A stretch of 32,000 nucleotides of DNA from Pseudomonas aeruginosa. Its GTDB lineage: Bacteria > Pseudomonadota > Gammaproteobacteria > Pseudomonadales > Pseudomonadaceae. The translations under genes and the position numbers were made by a program. The notes beneath the pieces were generated by a model. It saw only the letters and a program-made list of their open reading frames with translations. It was not told the origin of the DNA and made no database searches. Location of the stretch: contig NZ_LN831024.1 of NCBI RefSeq assembly GCF_001457615.1, forward strand, positions 2,340,001 through 2,372,000, written 5' to 3'. Of the stretch, positions 19,208 through 27,179 are shown in pieces (within the stretch, counting starts at the first letter, position 1; every line of letters begins with the position of its first letter).

Positions 19208-20169
19208 GGCGGCTGGCAGGGGCACTGCTGGTCTCCGCAATGCTCGGCGGCTGCGCGCAGCCGCCGAGACTGCCGCCGGAAAGCGCGGCGCTGCCCGCAC
19301 GGGTGGAGCTGCGCGAAGTGCCGTTCTTCCCCCAGGAAGCCTACCAGTGCGGTCCCGCCGCGCTGGCCACGATGCTTGGCCAGCGCGGCCTGGCGTTGAC
19401 GCCGGGGCAATTGAAGGACGAGGTGTTCATTCCCGGTCGCGAGGGCAGCCTGCAATTGGAGATGGTCGCCGCGGTGCGCCGCCACGGCATGCTGGTCTAT
19501 CCGCTGCAAGGCGGACTGGAGAGCGTGCTCGAGGAGGTCGCGGCGGGCAACCCGGTGCTGGTGTTACAGAACCAGGCTTTCTCCTGGTGGCCGCGCTGGC
19601 ACTTCGCGGTGGTGGTCGGTTTCGATCGGGAGCGCCGCGAACTGGTGCTGCGCTCGGGCATCACCCGGCGCTGGGTTACCGACTTCACCAGCTTCGAGTC
19701 GACCTGGAAGCGTTCGGGGCGCTGGGCGGTGCTGACCCTGCCGGGTGACCGCCTGCCGGCCACGGCAGCGGCGGTCCCGTGGCTCAAGGCCGCCAGTGAC
19801 AGCGAGGAAACCGGCCACCCCAAGGTTGCCCGGCGTGCCTACGAAGAAGCCGTGCGACGCTGGCCTGAGGACGCCTTCGCCTGGTTTGCCCTAGGCAACA
19901 GTCGCTACGCCGCAGGCGATTCCGCCGCTGCCGAACAGGCCATGCTCACCAGCGTCGAGCGTCGCGTGGATTTCGCCGCGGGTTGGTTCAACCTGTCCCA
20001 GTTGCTGGCGGAACGCGGTTGCGCGGCGCCGGCGCGCCAGGCGCAGGCCTGCGCGCGGGCATTGCAGCCTGGGGATGCCCGCTTCGCTGCGGCCTTGCCG
20101 CAGGCCGTCGCACCCGCGGCTCGGTGCGCCGAGCTGCCGGCCTGTCCCGTTGGCGCACCGCCCCGCTGA
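19204..20169 (+). CDS. PA2778-family C39-like cysteine peptidase lipoprotein with TPR-like C-terminus
   Basis: GTG at 19204 overlaps the previous stop. MRRLAGALLVSAMLGGCAQPP lipobox; PFFPQEAYQCGPAALATMLGQRG catalytic Gln/Cys; WPRWHFAVVVGFD His; EDAFAWFALGNSRYAAGDSAAAEQAMLTSVE TPR-like repeat. Confidence 0.9.
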   Translation: MRRLAGALLVSAMLGGCAQPPRLPPESAALPARVELREVPFFPQEAYQCGPAALATMLGQRGLALTPGQLKDEVFIPGREGSLQLEMVAAVRRHGMLVYPLQGGLESVLEEVAAGNPVLVLQNQAFSWWPRWHFAVVVGFDRERRELVLRSGITRRWVTDFTSFESTWKRSGRWAVLTLPGDRLPATAAAVPWLKAASDSEETGHPKVARRAYEEAVRRWPEDAFAWFALGNSRYAAGDSAAAEQAMLTSVERRVDFAAGWFNLSQLLAERGCAAPARQAQACARALQPGDARFAAALPQAVAPAARCAELPACPVGAPPR

Positions 20170-20241
20170 GGCGGCCGAGCCGAAGGTTGTCGGAACCCCG
20201 TTCCAGCGAGACGGCTCTATACCTGGGAGGACCCCACTCAG

Positions 20242-21207
20242 GTGCAGAACATGGCCAACGACAAGCGGACTTCGCCCCCCACCCCCCGGCAACCGGCCAA
20301 GGGCGGTGCGGCGGGCAAGCGCCAGGGGCATGCGGCGGAGGGCACGCGCAAGCCGCGTGCGCGCGGCGAGGAGCGGAAAGAGAAACCGGCCGACGGACGT
20401 TCGGCCACGGCGCTGACCGCCAACGAGCGGCGGGAGATCGACGACAAGCAGCCACCGCGCGCCGCTGTCCTGCACGAGGTGATTCGCGTCCAGGGCGAAC
20501 ACGAGTTGCAGCGCACGCTGGCGGCACTCTGGTGGTCGGCGGTGGCCGCGGGGCTGACCATCGGCCTCTCGTTGATGGGCATGGGCCTGTTCCGCGCTGC
20601 CTTGCCCGAGCAGGAGTGGGCGATCATCGTCAGCAGCTTCGGCTATCCCATGGGCTTCCTGGCAGTGATCCTCGCCCGCCAGCAACTGTTCACCGAAAAC
20701 ACCCTGACCGCCGTGTTGCCGGTGATGACCGAGCCGACCCTGGAAAAGGCCTGGCAACTGTTGCGTCTCTGGAGCGTGGTGCTGTTCGGCAATATCGTCG
20801 GTACGCTGCTGTTCGCCTGGGCGGTGCTGCATCTGCCGATATTCAATGAAGCGGCCGACGCGGCGTTCCTTGAGATCGGCCGCGAGGTGATGCACAACGA
20901 CCTGGCGCAAATGTTCGCCAAGGGCATCGTTTCCGGCTGGATGATCGCCACCATGGTCTGGCTGATCCCGGCGGCGGAGGGCGCGAAGATCTGGATCATC
21001 GCGATGGTCACCTACCTGATGGCGCTGGGCAGCTTCACCCACATCGTGGTGGGCTCGGCGGAGGTAGGCTACCTGGCGTTCGCCGGGGAAATCGGCTGGA
21101 CCGAGTTCCTGCTGAAGTTCGCCCTGCCTACCCTGGGCGGCAACATCGTCGGCGGTAGCCTGATCTTCGCCCTGATCAGTCATGCGCAGATCCGTAGCGA
21201 AGGTTGA
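20242..21207 (+). CDS. Formate/nitrite transporter (FNT) family protein with charged N-terminal extension
   Basis: 321 aa: GYPMGFLAVILARQQLFTENTLTAVLPVM, VVLFGNIVGTLLFAW, SFTHIVVGSAEVGYLAFAG, FALPTLGGNIVGGSLIFALISHAQ. FNT family signatures. Confidence 0.88.
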   Translation: MQNMANDKRTSPPTPRQPAKGGAAGKRQGHAAEGTRKPRARGEERKEKPADGRSATALTANERREIDDKQPPRAAVLHEVIRVQGEHELQRTLAALWWSAVAAGLTIGLSLMGMGLFRAALPEQEWAIIVSSFGYPMGFLAVILARQQLFTENTLTAVLPVMTEPTLEKAWQLLRLWSVVLFGNIVGTLLFAWAVLHLPIFNEAADAAFLEIGREVMHNDLAQMFAKGIVSGWMIATMVWLIPAAEGAKIWIIAMVTYLMALGSFTHIVVGSAEVGYLAFAGEIGWTEFLLKFALPTLGGNIVGGSLIFALISHAQIRSEG

Positions 21208-21257
21208 GGCGCGGATGGAAAAAACGGCACCCCGGGGTGCCGTTCTGTCGACGCGGA

Positions 21258-22541
21258 CTAGACCCCGAGCTTGTCGCGCAGGCTGTAGTACCAGGCGCCG
21301 ATGGCGGTGAACGGTACGCGGAACAGCTTGCCGCCGGGGAAGGGGTAGTGCGGCAGGCCGGCGAAAGCGTCGAAGCGCTCGGCCTGGCCGCGCAGGGCTT
21401 CGGCCAGGACCTTGCCGGCGACGTGGGTGTAGGTCACGCCGTGGCCGCTGCAACCCTGGGAATAGTAGATGTTGTCGCCGATGCGGCCGACCTGGGGCAG
21501 GCGCGAGAGGGTCAGCAGGAAGTTGCCGGTCCAGGCGAAGTCGATCTTCACGTCCTTCAGTTGCGGGAAGGTCTTGAGCATCTTCGGCCGGATGATCGCC
21601 TCGATGTCCGCCGGATCGCGAGCGCCATAGATCACGCCGCCACCATAGATCAGGCGCTTGTCGCCGGAGAGGCGATAGTAGTCGAGCAGGTAATTGCAGT
21701 CTTCCACGCAGTAGTCCTGCGGCAGCAGGCTGTGGGCCAGTTCCTCGTTCAGCGGCTCGGTGGTGATCACCTGGGTGCCGCAGGGCATCGACTTGGCCGC
21801 CAGTTCCGGGACCAGGCCGTTGAGGTAGGCGTTACCGGCGACCACGATGAACTTCGCCTTCACCTTGCCTTGCGGGGTATGCACCACCGGGCTGGCGCCG
21901 CGCTCGATGCGGGTCGCCGGGCTCTGCTCGTAGATTCTGCCGCCGAGCGACTCCACCGCCGCCGCTTCGCCGAGGGCGAGGTTCAGCGGATGGATGTGGC
22001 CGCCGCTCATGTCGAGCATGCCACCTATATAGTTGTCGGTCGCCACCACCTCGCGGATGCGCTTGGCGTCCATGATCTCCAATTGGTTGTGGCCGTAGCG
22101 TTCCCACAACTGTTTCTGCGCGCGCAGGTGATCCATCTGCTTCTCGGTGAAGGCGGCGAACACCCCGCCGTCCTTCAGGTCGCATTGGATACCGTAGCGG
22201 GCCACGCGCTCGCGGATGATGCGCCCGCCTTCGAAGGCCATCTCGCCGAGCAACTGCGCTTCGCGCTTGCCGACGGTGCGCTCGATCACGTCGATGTCGC
22301 GGCTGTAGCTGTTGACGATCTGGCCGCCGTTGCGCCCGGAAGCGCCGAAGCCGACCTTGGCGGCTTCCAGTACGGTGACCTTGAAACCATTCTCCAACAG
22401 GAACAGGGCGGTGGAGAGGCCGGTATAGCCGGCACCGATCACGCAGACGTCGGTTTCGACCTCGCCCTGGAGTTCCGGGCGGGGCGGCGCGGGATTGGCC
22501 GACGCGGCGTAATAGGAGGAGGGGTAGGGGGTGTGCGGCAT
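21258..22541 (-). CDS. pauB3: FAD-dependent gamma-glutamylputrescine oxidoreductase-type protein PauB3
   Basis: 427 aa: TDVCVIGAGYTGLSTALFLLENGFKVTVLEAAKVGFGASGRNGGQIV; FAGLPHYPFPGGKLFRVPFTAIGAWYYSLRDKLG. PuuB/PauB type. Confidence 0.88.
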   Translation of the reverse strand: MPHTPYPSSYYAASANPAPPRPELQGEVETDVCVIGAGYTGLSTALFLLENGFKVTVLEAAKVGFGASGRNGGQIVNSYSRDIDVIERTVGKREAQLLGEMAFEGGRIIRERVARYGIQCDLKDGGVFAAFTEKQMDHLRAQKQLWERYGHNQLEIMDAKRIREVVATDNYIGGMLDMSGGHIHPLNLALGEAAAVESLGGRIYEQSPATRIERGASPVVHTPQGKVKAKFIVVAGNAYLNGLVPELAAKSMPCGTQVITTEPLNEELAHSLLPQDYCVEDCNYLLDYYRLSGDKRLIYGGGVIYGARDPADIEAIIRPKMLKTFPQLKDVKIDFAWTGNFLLTLSRLPQVGRIGDNIYYSQGCSGHGVTYTHVAGKVLAEALRGQAERFDAFAGLPHYPFPGGKLFRVPFTAIGAWYYSLRDKLGV

Positions 22542-22683
22542 CTTGCACCTCTGTTTTTTATTTTTTACGGATGCCCGGATGCTACCCGAGTCGAAATCGG
22601 CCGGCTAGCCTCCGTGCAAAATTTTCAACGGACCCCCAGAAAATAAAAATTCCACTTTTTCAGAGAGTTAGCGAAAAAAAAGC

Positions 22684-22711
22684 TTGACGGTGTTTTTGGG
22701 GTCTGTAGAAT
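22684..22711 (+). promoter_or_regulatory. Sigma70-type promoter for tRNA-Val
   Basis: TTGACG (22684-22689), 16-bp spacer, TAGAAT (22706-22711), 13 bp upstream of the tRNA. Confidence 0.7.
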
Positions 22712-22724
22712 GCGCGCCATCAGC

Positions 22725-22801
22725 AGGCACGTAGCTCAGTTGGTTAGAGCACCACCTTGACATGGTGGGGGTCGTTGGTTCGAATCCAATCGTGCCTACC
22801 A
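22725..22801 (+). tRNA. tRNA-Val(GAC)
   Basis: 77 nt with encoded CCA. Acceptor stem AGGCACG/CGTGCCT, D-arm GCTCAGTTGGTTAGAGC, anticodon loop TTGACAT, T-loop GTTCGAATC. Confidence 0.97.
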
Positions 22802-22830
22802 AACAAATCCCGCGCTGCTGGCGGGGCAAG

Positions 22831-22859
22831 AAAGGCGATCCGAAAGGGTCGCCTTTTTT
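22831..22859 (+). terminator. Rho-independent terminator of tRNA-Val
   Basis: GGCGATCC-GAAA-GGGTCGCC (one G-U pair) followed by TTTTTT. Confidence 0.85.
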
Positions 22860-22992
22860 CGTTTGCGCCCCGAAAAAGGCCGCTCGGCCCGTGCTCGCCT
22901 GGGCTCGCGCTTCATCGCATAGCCGCTATTGACAGCGGGGGCGGTCTTTTCCGACCCTAGCGCCTTCACGGATGATTCAGGCGACAAGGCTC

Positions 22993-23430
22993 ATGACGAC
23001 CTCTTCCGGTTCGCGTATCGGCGGACTTCTTCACGCTTCCCTTTTTTCCCTGCTCGGACTCGGTCTCCTGCTCGCCGGCGGTTTCAAGACCGTCGAGCGG
23101 TACCATTTCCTGCGTACTGCGCAGGAAGCCCAGGGGACGGTCAGCGCCTTGAATGCCGGCGGTTCGCATCCGCAGATCGATTTCACCAGCGTTTCCGGCG
23201 AGCGGATTTCCTATCCCCAGGGCGGCTTCATCTTCGGCTACCAGGTGGGCGAGTCGGTTCGCGTCCTCTACGAGGCTGGGCGGCCGGCGGCCAGCGCGAT
23301 AGTCGACGATGCCGGCGCGCTCTGGGGAACCAGCGCTTTCCTCTGCGGCTTCGGCGCACTCTTCGGTATTGTCGGGTTCAGGGGATTGCTGGGCCTGCGT
23401 TCTTCCCAACCGACCTCAAAAGGACATTGA
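22993..23430 (+). CDS. tsi4: Tsi4, T6SS immunity protein (DUF3592-like membrane protein)
   Basis: MTTSSGSRIGGLLHASLFSLLGLGLLLAGGFKTVERYHFLRTAQEAQGTVSAL...FLCGFGALFGIVGFRGLLGLRSS; an alternative start lies at 22972. Directly upstream of tse4. Confidence 0.85.
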   Translation: MTTSSGSRIGGLLHASLFSLLGLGLLLAGGFKTVERYHFLRTAQEAQGTVSALNAGGSHPQIDFTSVSGERISYPQGGFIFGYQVGESVRVLYEAGRPAASAIVDDAGALWGTSAFLCGFGALFGIVGFRGLLGLRSSQPTSKGH

Positions 23431-23434
23431 AGTC

Positions 23435-24022
23435 ATGTCGCAACTTCCCATTCCCTTGCCCCTCAACGAGAGTCGCTGGCGCTACGTGACGGCCAGTGGC
23501 GGAGGCATGACCGTGGCCTTCCTGGCGGGTAGCGGCGGCTCCATCACGTTGCTCTCGCCGGAGGGTGAGAACGTGTCCTTCCGCTATGGCGGGGTGGGCG
23601 GCGGGATCGGACTGGGCATGCGCCTGCCGCGCTTCGGCAAGGTCAACCTCAATGTCAAGGGCAAGAGCGTTGGCGGGGCCGGTGCGCTGGAGGCGTTGCC
23701 GAGCACCGGAACCGTCTTGGTCGCGGACGGCCTGGTGGGGCGCGACCTGTCCCGCGGCGACTTCACCGGGCCCTGCATGTACGTCGAACTCGGCGCGGGA
23801 GTCATCGCCGGCGGTTCGGGCACGGCGATCCTCTTCGGCCTCGATCCCAAGCTGCTGGCGGCGGTGGCGCTGGCGAGCGCCTCGCCATTGACCGCCGCGC
23901 TGGGCGCCAGCATGTCGCGGCAATTACTGCAATCGTCCCGTGGCGCCCTGTTGATGGCCGGGGTCAACGTCGGTGCACAGTTCGGCGGCGGCGCGGCGGC
24001 TTACCTGGGGGCGTTGTTCTGA
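23435..24022 (+). CDS. tse4: Tse4, H1-T6SS pore-forming-type effector
   Basis: MSQLPIPLPLNESRWRYVTASGGGMTVAFLAGSGGSITLLSPEG..., 195 aa, glycine-rich with hydrophobic stretches. Identity from recalled PA2774. Confidence 0.87.
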   Translation: MSQLPIPLPLNESRWRYVTASGGGMTVAFLAGSGGSITLLSPEGENVSFRYGGVGGGIGLGMRLPRFGKVNLNVKGKSVGGAGALEALPSTGTVLVADGLVGRDLSRGDFTGPCMYVELGAGVIAGGSGTAILFGLDPKLLAAVALASASPLTAALGASMSRQLLQSSRGALLMAGVNVGAQFGGGAAAYLGALF

Positions 24023-24029
24023 TGCAGGA

Positions 24030-24056
24030 GGGCGATCCGGGAGGATCGCCCTTTTT
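24030..24056 (+). terminator. Rho-independent terminator of tse4
   Basis: Perfect GGGCGATCC-GGGA-GGATCGCCC followed by TTTTT. Confidence 0.88.
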
Positions 24057-24235
24057 ACCTTGCGCAGGCGTGCGGCGGCCAGGGCTCCGTTGAGTTCCAT
24101 GGCCAGCGGGGCGGTGGCGGAAATCGTTACCGGCGCGGGGAACGGTCGTCGGAGATTCCGAACCGGCGTGGATCGGTTCTTTCCAAACAAGCCCATCCAC
24201 TCGTTCGAGGTGTCGTGCTTGTGTCCAGGTTGATC

Positions 24236-24742
24236 ATGCCCGGAGGGCCGTTGTCGCAAGAATCCGATGTCCGGATCTTCTGTTCAGCCAAGGAGCGGCT
24301 GGACTTCTACCGGCGGGAAATCCACTACGAGACGGGCCAGCTATCCAGTCGGACCAACGCCTACCTGACGGCGCAGTCGTTCCTGGTCATCGCCTATGCC
24401 TCGTCGATGGCCAACCTGAACCCGGCCTGGGGCGAGCTGTTCACCCTGGTGGTGCCGGCGCTCCTGGCACTGCTCGGGATCGTCAATTCCCTGCATGCCT
24501 GGCCGGGCATCCAGGCATCCTCGGAGATCATCTGCCACTGGCAGTTCAAGCAGTCCTGCCTGTTGCACAGCGATCCGGAGATCGGCCTGGCCTACGATGA
24601 TTCGCCATTGTTCAGCGAACGCGAGGTCAACCGCGGCAGCTTCGAGAAAACCTTGCTGTTCTCGCGACGCGTGCCGTTCCTGTTCGCCGGCTTCTGGTGT
24701 GCGCTGGGCGTGTTTTCGCTCTGGTTGCAACTGGCCGGTTAG
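24236..24742 (+). CDS. Two-segment membrane protein of unknown function
   Basis: MPGGPLSQESDVRIFCSAKERLDFYRREIHYETGQLSSRTNAYLTAQSFLVIAYASSM...; paired hydrophobic segments mid-protein (LFTLVVPALLALLGIVNSL) and at the C-terminus. The start is uncertain (GTG at 24215 possible). Confidence 0.78.
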   Translation: MPGGPLSQESDVRIFCSAKERLDFYRREIHYETGQLSSRTNAYLTAQSFLVIAYASSMANLNPAWGELFTLVVPALLALLGIVNSLHAWPGIQASSEIICHWQFKQSCLLHSDPEIGLAYDDSPLFSEREVNRGSFEKTLLFSRRVPFLFAGFWCALGVFSLWLQLAG

Positions 24743-24834
24743 CGCTGGTGGCCCATCGCTTCGGCAAGGCTTGGCGTTGGCGGAGGCTTGCCGGCTCGAT
24801 AGGCGGGCGCCGTCGGATCCGGGAACGCCCGGCG

Positions 24835-25005
24835 TCAGGGCGCTGCCTGCTCGCAGAGATCGTTGCCGAGGAGGCGCGCGCCCAGGCCGCGAAGCAGGTA
24901 GGTCTCGACATGGCTGCCGTCCGGGCAGTCGACTCGGTAGCCGAGCGCCAGGCCGGCGGAAAGAAGAACGAACAGGAACAGGCCGATATGTTGCAGTTTG
25001 CTCAT
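24835..25005 (-). CDS. Small exported or membrane protein
   Basis: 56 aa MSKLQHIGLFLFVLLSAGLALGYRVDCPDGSHVETYLLRGLGARLLGNDLCEQAAP; hydrophobic N-terminus, two Cys in the mature part. Confidence 0.5.
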   Translation of the reverse strand: MSKLQHIGLFLFVLLSAGLALGYRVDCPDGSHVETYLLRGLGARLLGNDLCEQAAP

Positions 25006-25268
25006 GGTGTTTTCTACGAAAGAGGCTTGAGGGCGCAGGCGCTGCGCCGGGCGATTCTAGTGCAATGAGGCAGGGGGAGGAGCCGATTTGCATGCCTAAG
25101 CGTTCTACATGGTCCAGGGCGCCCAGCGATTCGACAGTCGCCCTGCGCCGATCGACGGCGAGCCGGGGCGAATCCGGCTGCAACTGCGTCTGTACCTGGG
25201 TTGAGCCGTTGACGGGCGCTGTCGCTGCCTTTATAAGACCGCCTCACGCAGCCGGCAGGCAGTCGAAG

Positions 25269-25490
25269 ATGAGCGACGAAGACGATATTCACGAACCCGA
25301 ACACGATCACCTGCTGGATAACGATTACCTCGAGGACGAGCGTGACGAAGATACGTTCGGCGCGCTCGACGAGCCCGATGCCTGCGGAACCGGCAGGCGA
25401 CGTTCCTGCGAATATTGCGACGCGGTCCAGGTCCCAGTCGATAGCGAGGGTTTCTCTATCTGCGCCGATTGCGCAGGGCTGGAGGACTAG
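25269..25490 (+). CDS. Small very acidic protein with CxxC...CxxC zinc-ribbon-like tail
   Basis: 73 aa MSDEDDIHEPEHDHLLDNDYLEDERDED...RRRSCEYCDAVQVPVDSEGFSICADCAGLED. Confidence 0.65.
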   Translation: MSDEDDIHEPEHDHLLDNDYLEDERDEDTFGALDEPDACGTGRRRSCEYCDAVQVPVDSEGFSICADCAGLED

Positions 25491-25496
25491 CCCTGG

Positions 25497-26522
25497 TCAG
25501 ACGCTGACCACCCGGTTGCGTCCGGCACGCTTGGCGTCGTACAGCGCGGCATCCGCCCGGGCGAGTGCCCGTTCCGGTTCTTCGCCGCTGCCGGCCAGGG
25601 TACAGCCGGCACTGATGGTCACCGGCACGGACGTGCCGGCACAGTCGATCGGGGTCGCTTCCATCAGTTCGCGGATGCGATTGGCGATCATGGTCAGTTC
25701 CGTGGTCTCGCGGACCCGGACCATCGCCACGAACTCCTCGCCGCCGAAACGCGCCAGGAGATCTTCCGGCCGCAGCGCCGCGCGCAGTCGCGAAGCCGCC
25801 TCGCGGAGGACGCTGTCGCCGGCCCGGTGCCCCAGGGTGTCGTTGATACGTTTGAAATGGTCGATATCGCTGTAGATGATGCCGATGCGCTGGTCGCTGG
25901 CCCGCGCCAACTCCAGTTCATGCTGGTGCAGCGCGTGGAAGCCGGCCCGGTTCCACAATTGGGTGAGGGGGTCGAGCAGTGACTTGCGCTGCTCCCGGTC
26001 GATCTCCTGGCGCAGGAAGCGGGTGTGCTCGGTGAGGCTGCGTAGCTGGAGATATCCTTCGGCCAGGATCGACAGTCGATTGAGCTGGCGTCCTTCCCGG
26101 AGATCCAGCAGCCGCGGGCTCGGGTCGATCAGGCAGAGTGTGCCGATGGCCTGGCCATTGCTGGCGTGCAGGGGCTCGCCGGCGTAGAAGCGGATGAAGG
26201 GCGGCCCGGTGACCAGCGGATTGTCGTGAAAACGCGGATCCCTGGAGGCGTCCGTCACCATCAGCGGTTCGCTGGCCAGGATGGCGTGGCCGCAGAAGGA
26301 CAGGTCGCGCGGCGTCTGTTCGGCATCCAGGCCGATACGGGCCTTGAACCATTGGCGGTCGTGGTCGATCAGACTGATCAGCACGGTCTTCACCCCGAAG
26401 GTTTCCCGCGCCAGTTCCACCAGGGCGTCCAGGTAGTGTTCGGCGGGGGTGTCGACCAGCGCCATGTCGTCCAGGGCCTGCTGGCGCAGGGCTTCGTCGG
26501 GAGGGAGGGGGCAGGCGAGCAT
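25497..26522 (-). CDS. dcsbis: GAF-GGDEF diguanylate cyclase Dcsbis
   Basis: 341 aa; GAF region VLISLIDHDRQWFKARIGLDAEQTPRDLSFCGHAI, GGDEF domain DPLTQLWNRAGF...YSDIDHFKRINDTLGHRAGDSVLREAASRL...LARFGGEEFVAM. Symbol from recalled PA2771 identity. Confidence 0.9.
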   Translation of the reverse strand: MLACPLPPDEALRQQALDDMALVDTPAEHYLDALVELARETFGVKTVLISLIDHDRQWFKARIGLDAEQTPRDLSFCGHAILASEPLMVTDASRDPRFHDNPLVTGPPFIRFYAGEPLHASNGQAIGTLCLIDPSPRLLDLREGRQLNRLSILAEGYLQLRSLTEHTRFLRQEIDREQRKSLLDPLTQLWNRAGFHALHQHELELARASDQRIGIIYSDIDHFKRINDTLGHRAGDSVLREAASRLRAALRPEDLLARFGGEEFVAMVRVRETTELTMIANRIRELMEATPIDCAGTSVPVTISAGCTLAGSGEEPERALARADAALYDAKRAGRNRVVSV

Positions 26523-26617
26523 ACTGGATCCTGATCACGGTGGAGACTTTCGGTATAGCTGCCGGACAGGCTGAAGGCCAGCCTGGCGTCCGCAGTCGGC
26601 GCAAGGGTGAAGAGGGC

Positions 26618-26651
26618 AAAAAAAATCCCGGCCGCGTGGAGCAGGCCGGGA
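26618..26651 (-). terminator. Minus-strand intrinsic terminator-like hairpin upstream of dcsbis
   Basis: Minus strand TCCCGGCC-TGCTCCACGC-GGCCGGGA-TTTTTTTT. Confidence 0.8.
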
Positions 26652-26826
26652 AAGGATCCAGGGATGTACAGCGCCCACAGCTTATGTCGGCGGCGGTTTC
26701 GATGAAGCTGCCGGATCTGGTAGGCGCGATTTTCGCGTCGATGTGTGACCCGCTTCGCCGACTATCCTGGCAAGTGGGGTCGCGAACCAATAGGATTTGC
26801 GGGTTTTATTCAATCTGGGTGAATGC

Positions 26827-27093
26827 GTGCAGGAAATCTACTCTGAAGAACAGATGCGCAAGGCGCTGGGCCTTGCCGAAACGCGACCGAAAAAGGTCCG
26901 GACCGAGGCCAGCCAGCCGGTCCGCTACACCATCGTCGAACTGAGCGTGCGCAAGGGCGGGGCGGGATTGCCGCTGCGTTTCGAACATCGCTCGCGCTCC
27001 ATCAGCAAGGTCACCGCGCAACTGGAAGCGGAGAAGGAAGCCAAGCGCCAGGGTTACCAGGTCTGGGCGCTGCTGGATATCCGTCAGATCTGA
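26827..27093 (+). CDS. Small conserved hypothetical protein
   Basis: VQEIYSEEQMRKALGLAETRPKKVRTEASQPVRYTIVELSVRKGGAGLPLRFEHRSRSISKVTAQLEAEKEAKRQGYQVWALLDIRQI; the exact start is uncertain (TTG 26797, GTG 26827 or ATG 26854). Confidence 0.7.
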   Translation: MQEIYSEEQMRKALGLAETRPKKVRTEASQPVRYTIVELSVRKGGAGLPLRFEHRSRSISKVTAQLEAEKEAKRQGYQVWALLDIRQI

Positions 27094-27179
27094 GCGAGGC
27101 GCCTGCGCGGGGCGCGGCATTGTCCTGGTCTCGGTCCGGCTGCTAAGGTGCGCAGCCCATCGATACAGGAGTCCGGAAC

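Noticed and set aside
21204-22646. 480-aa plus-strand ORF opposite pauB3
   Set aside because: Antisense shadow of a clear FAD-dependent oxidoreductase.
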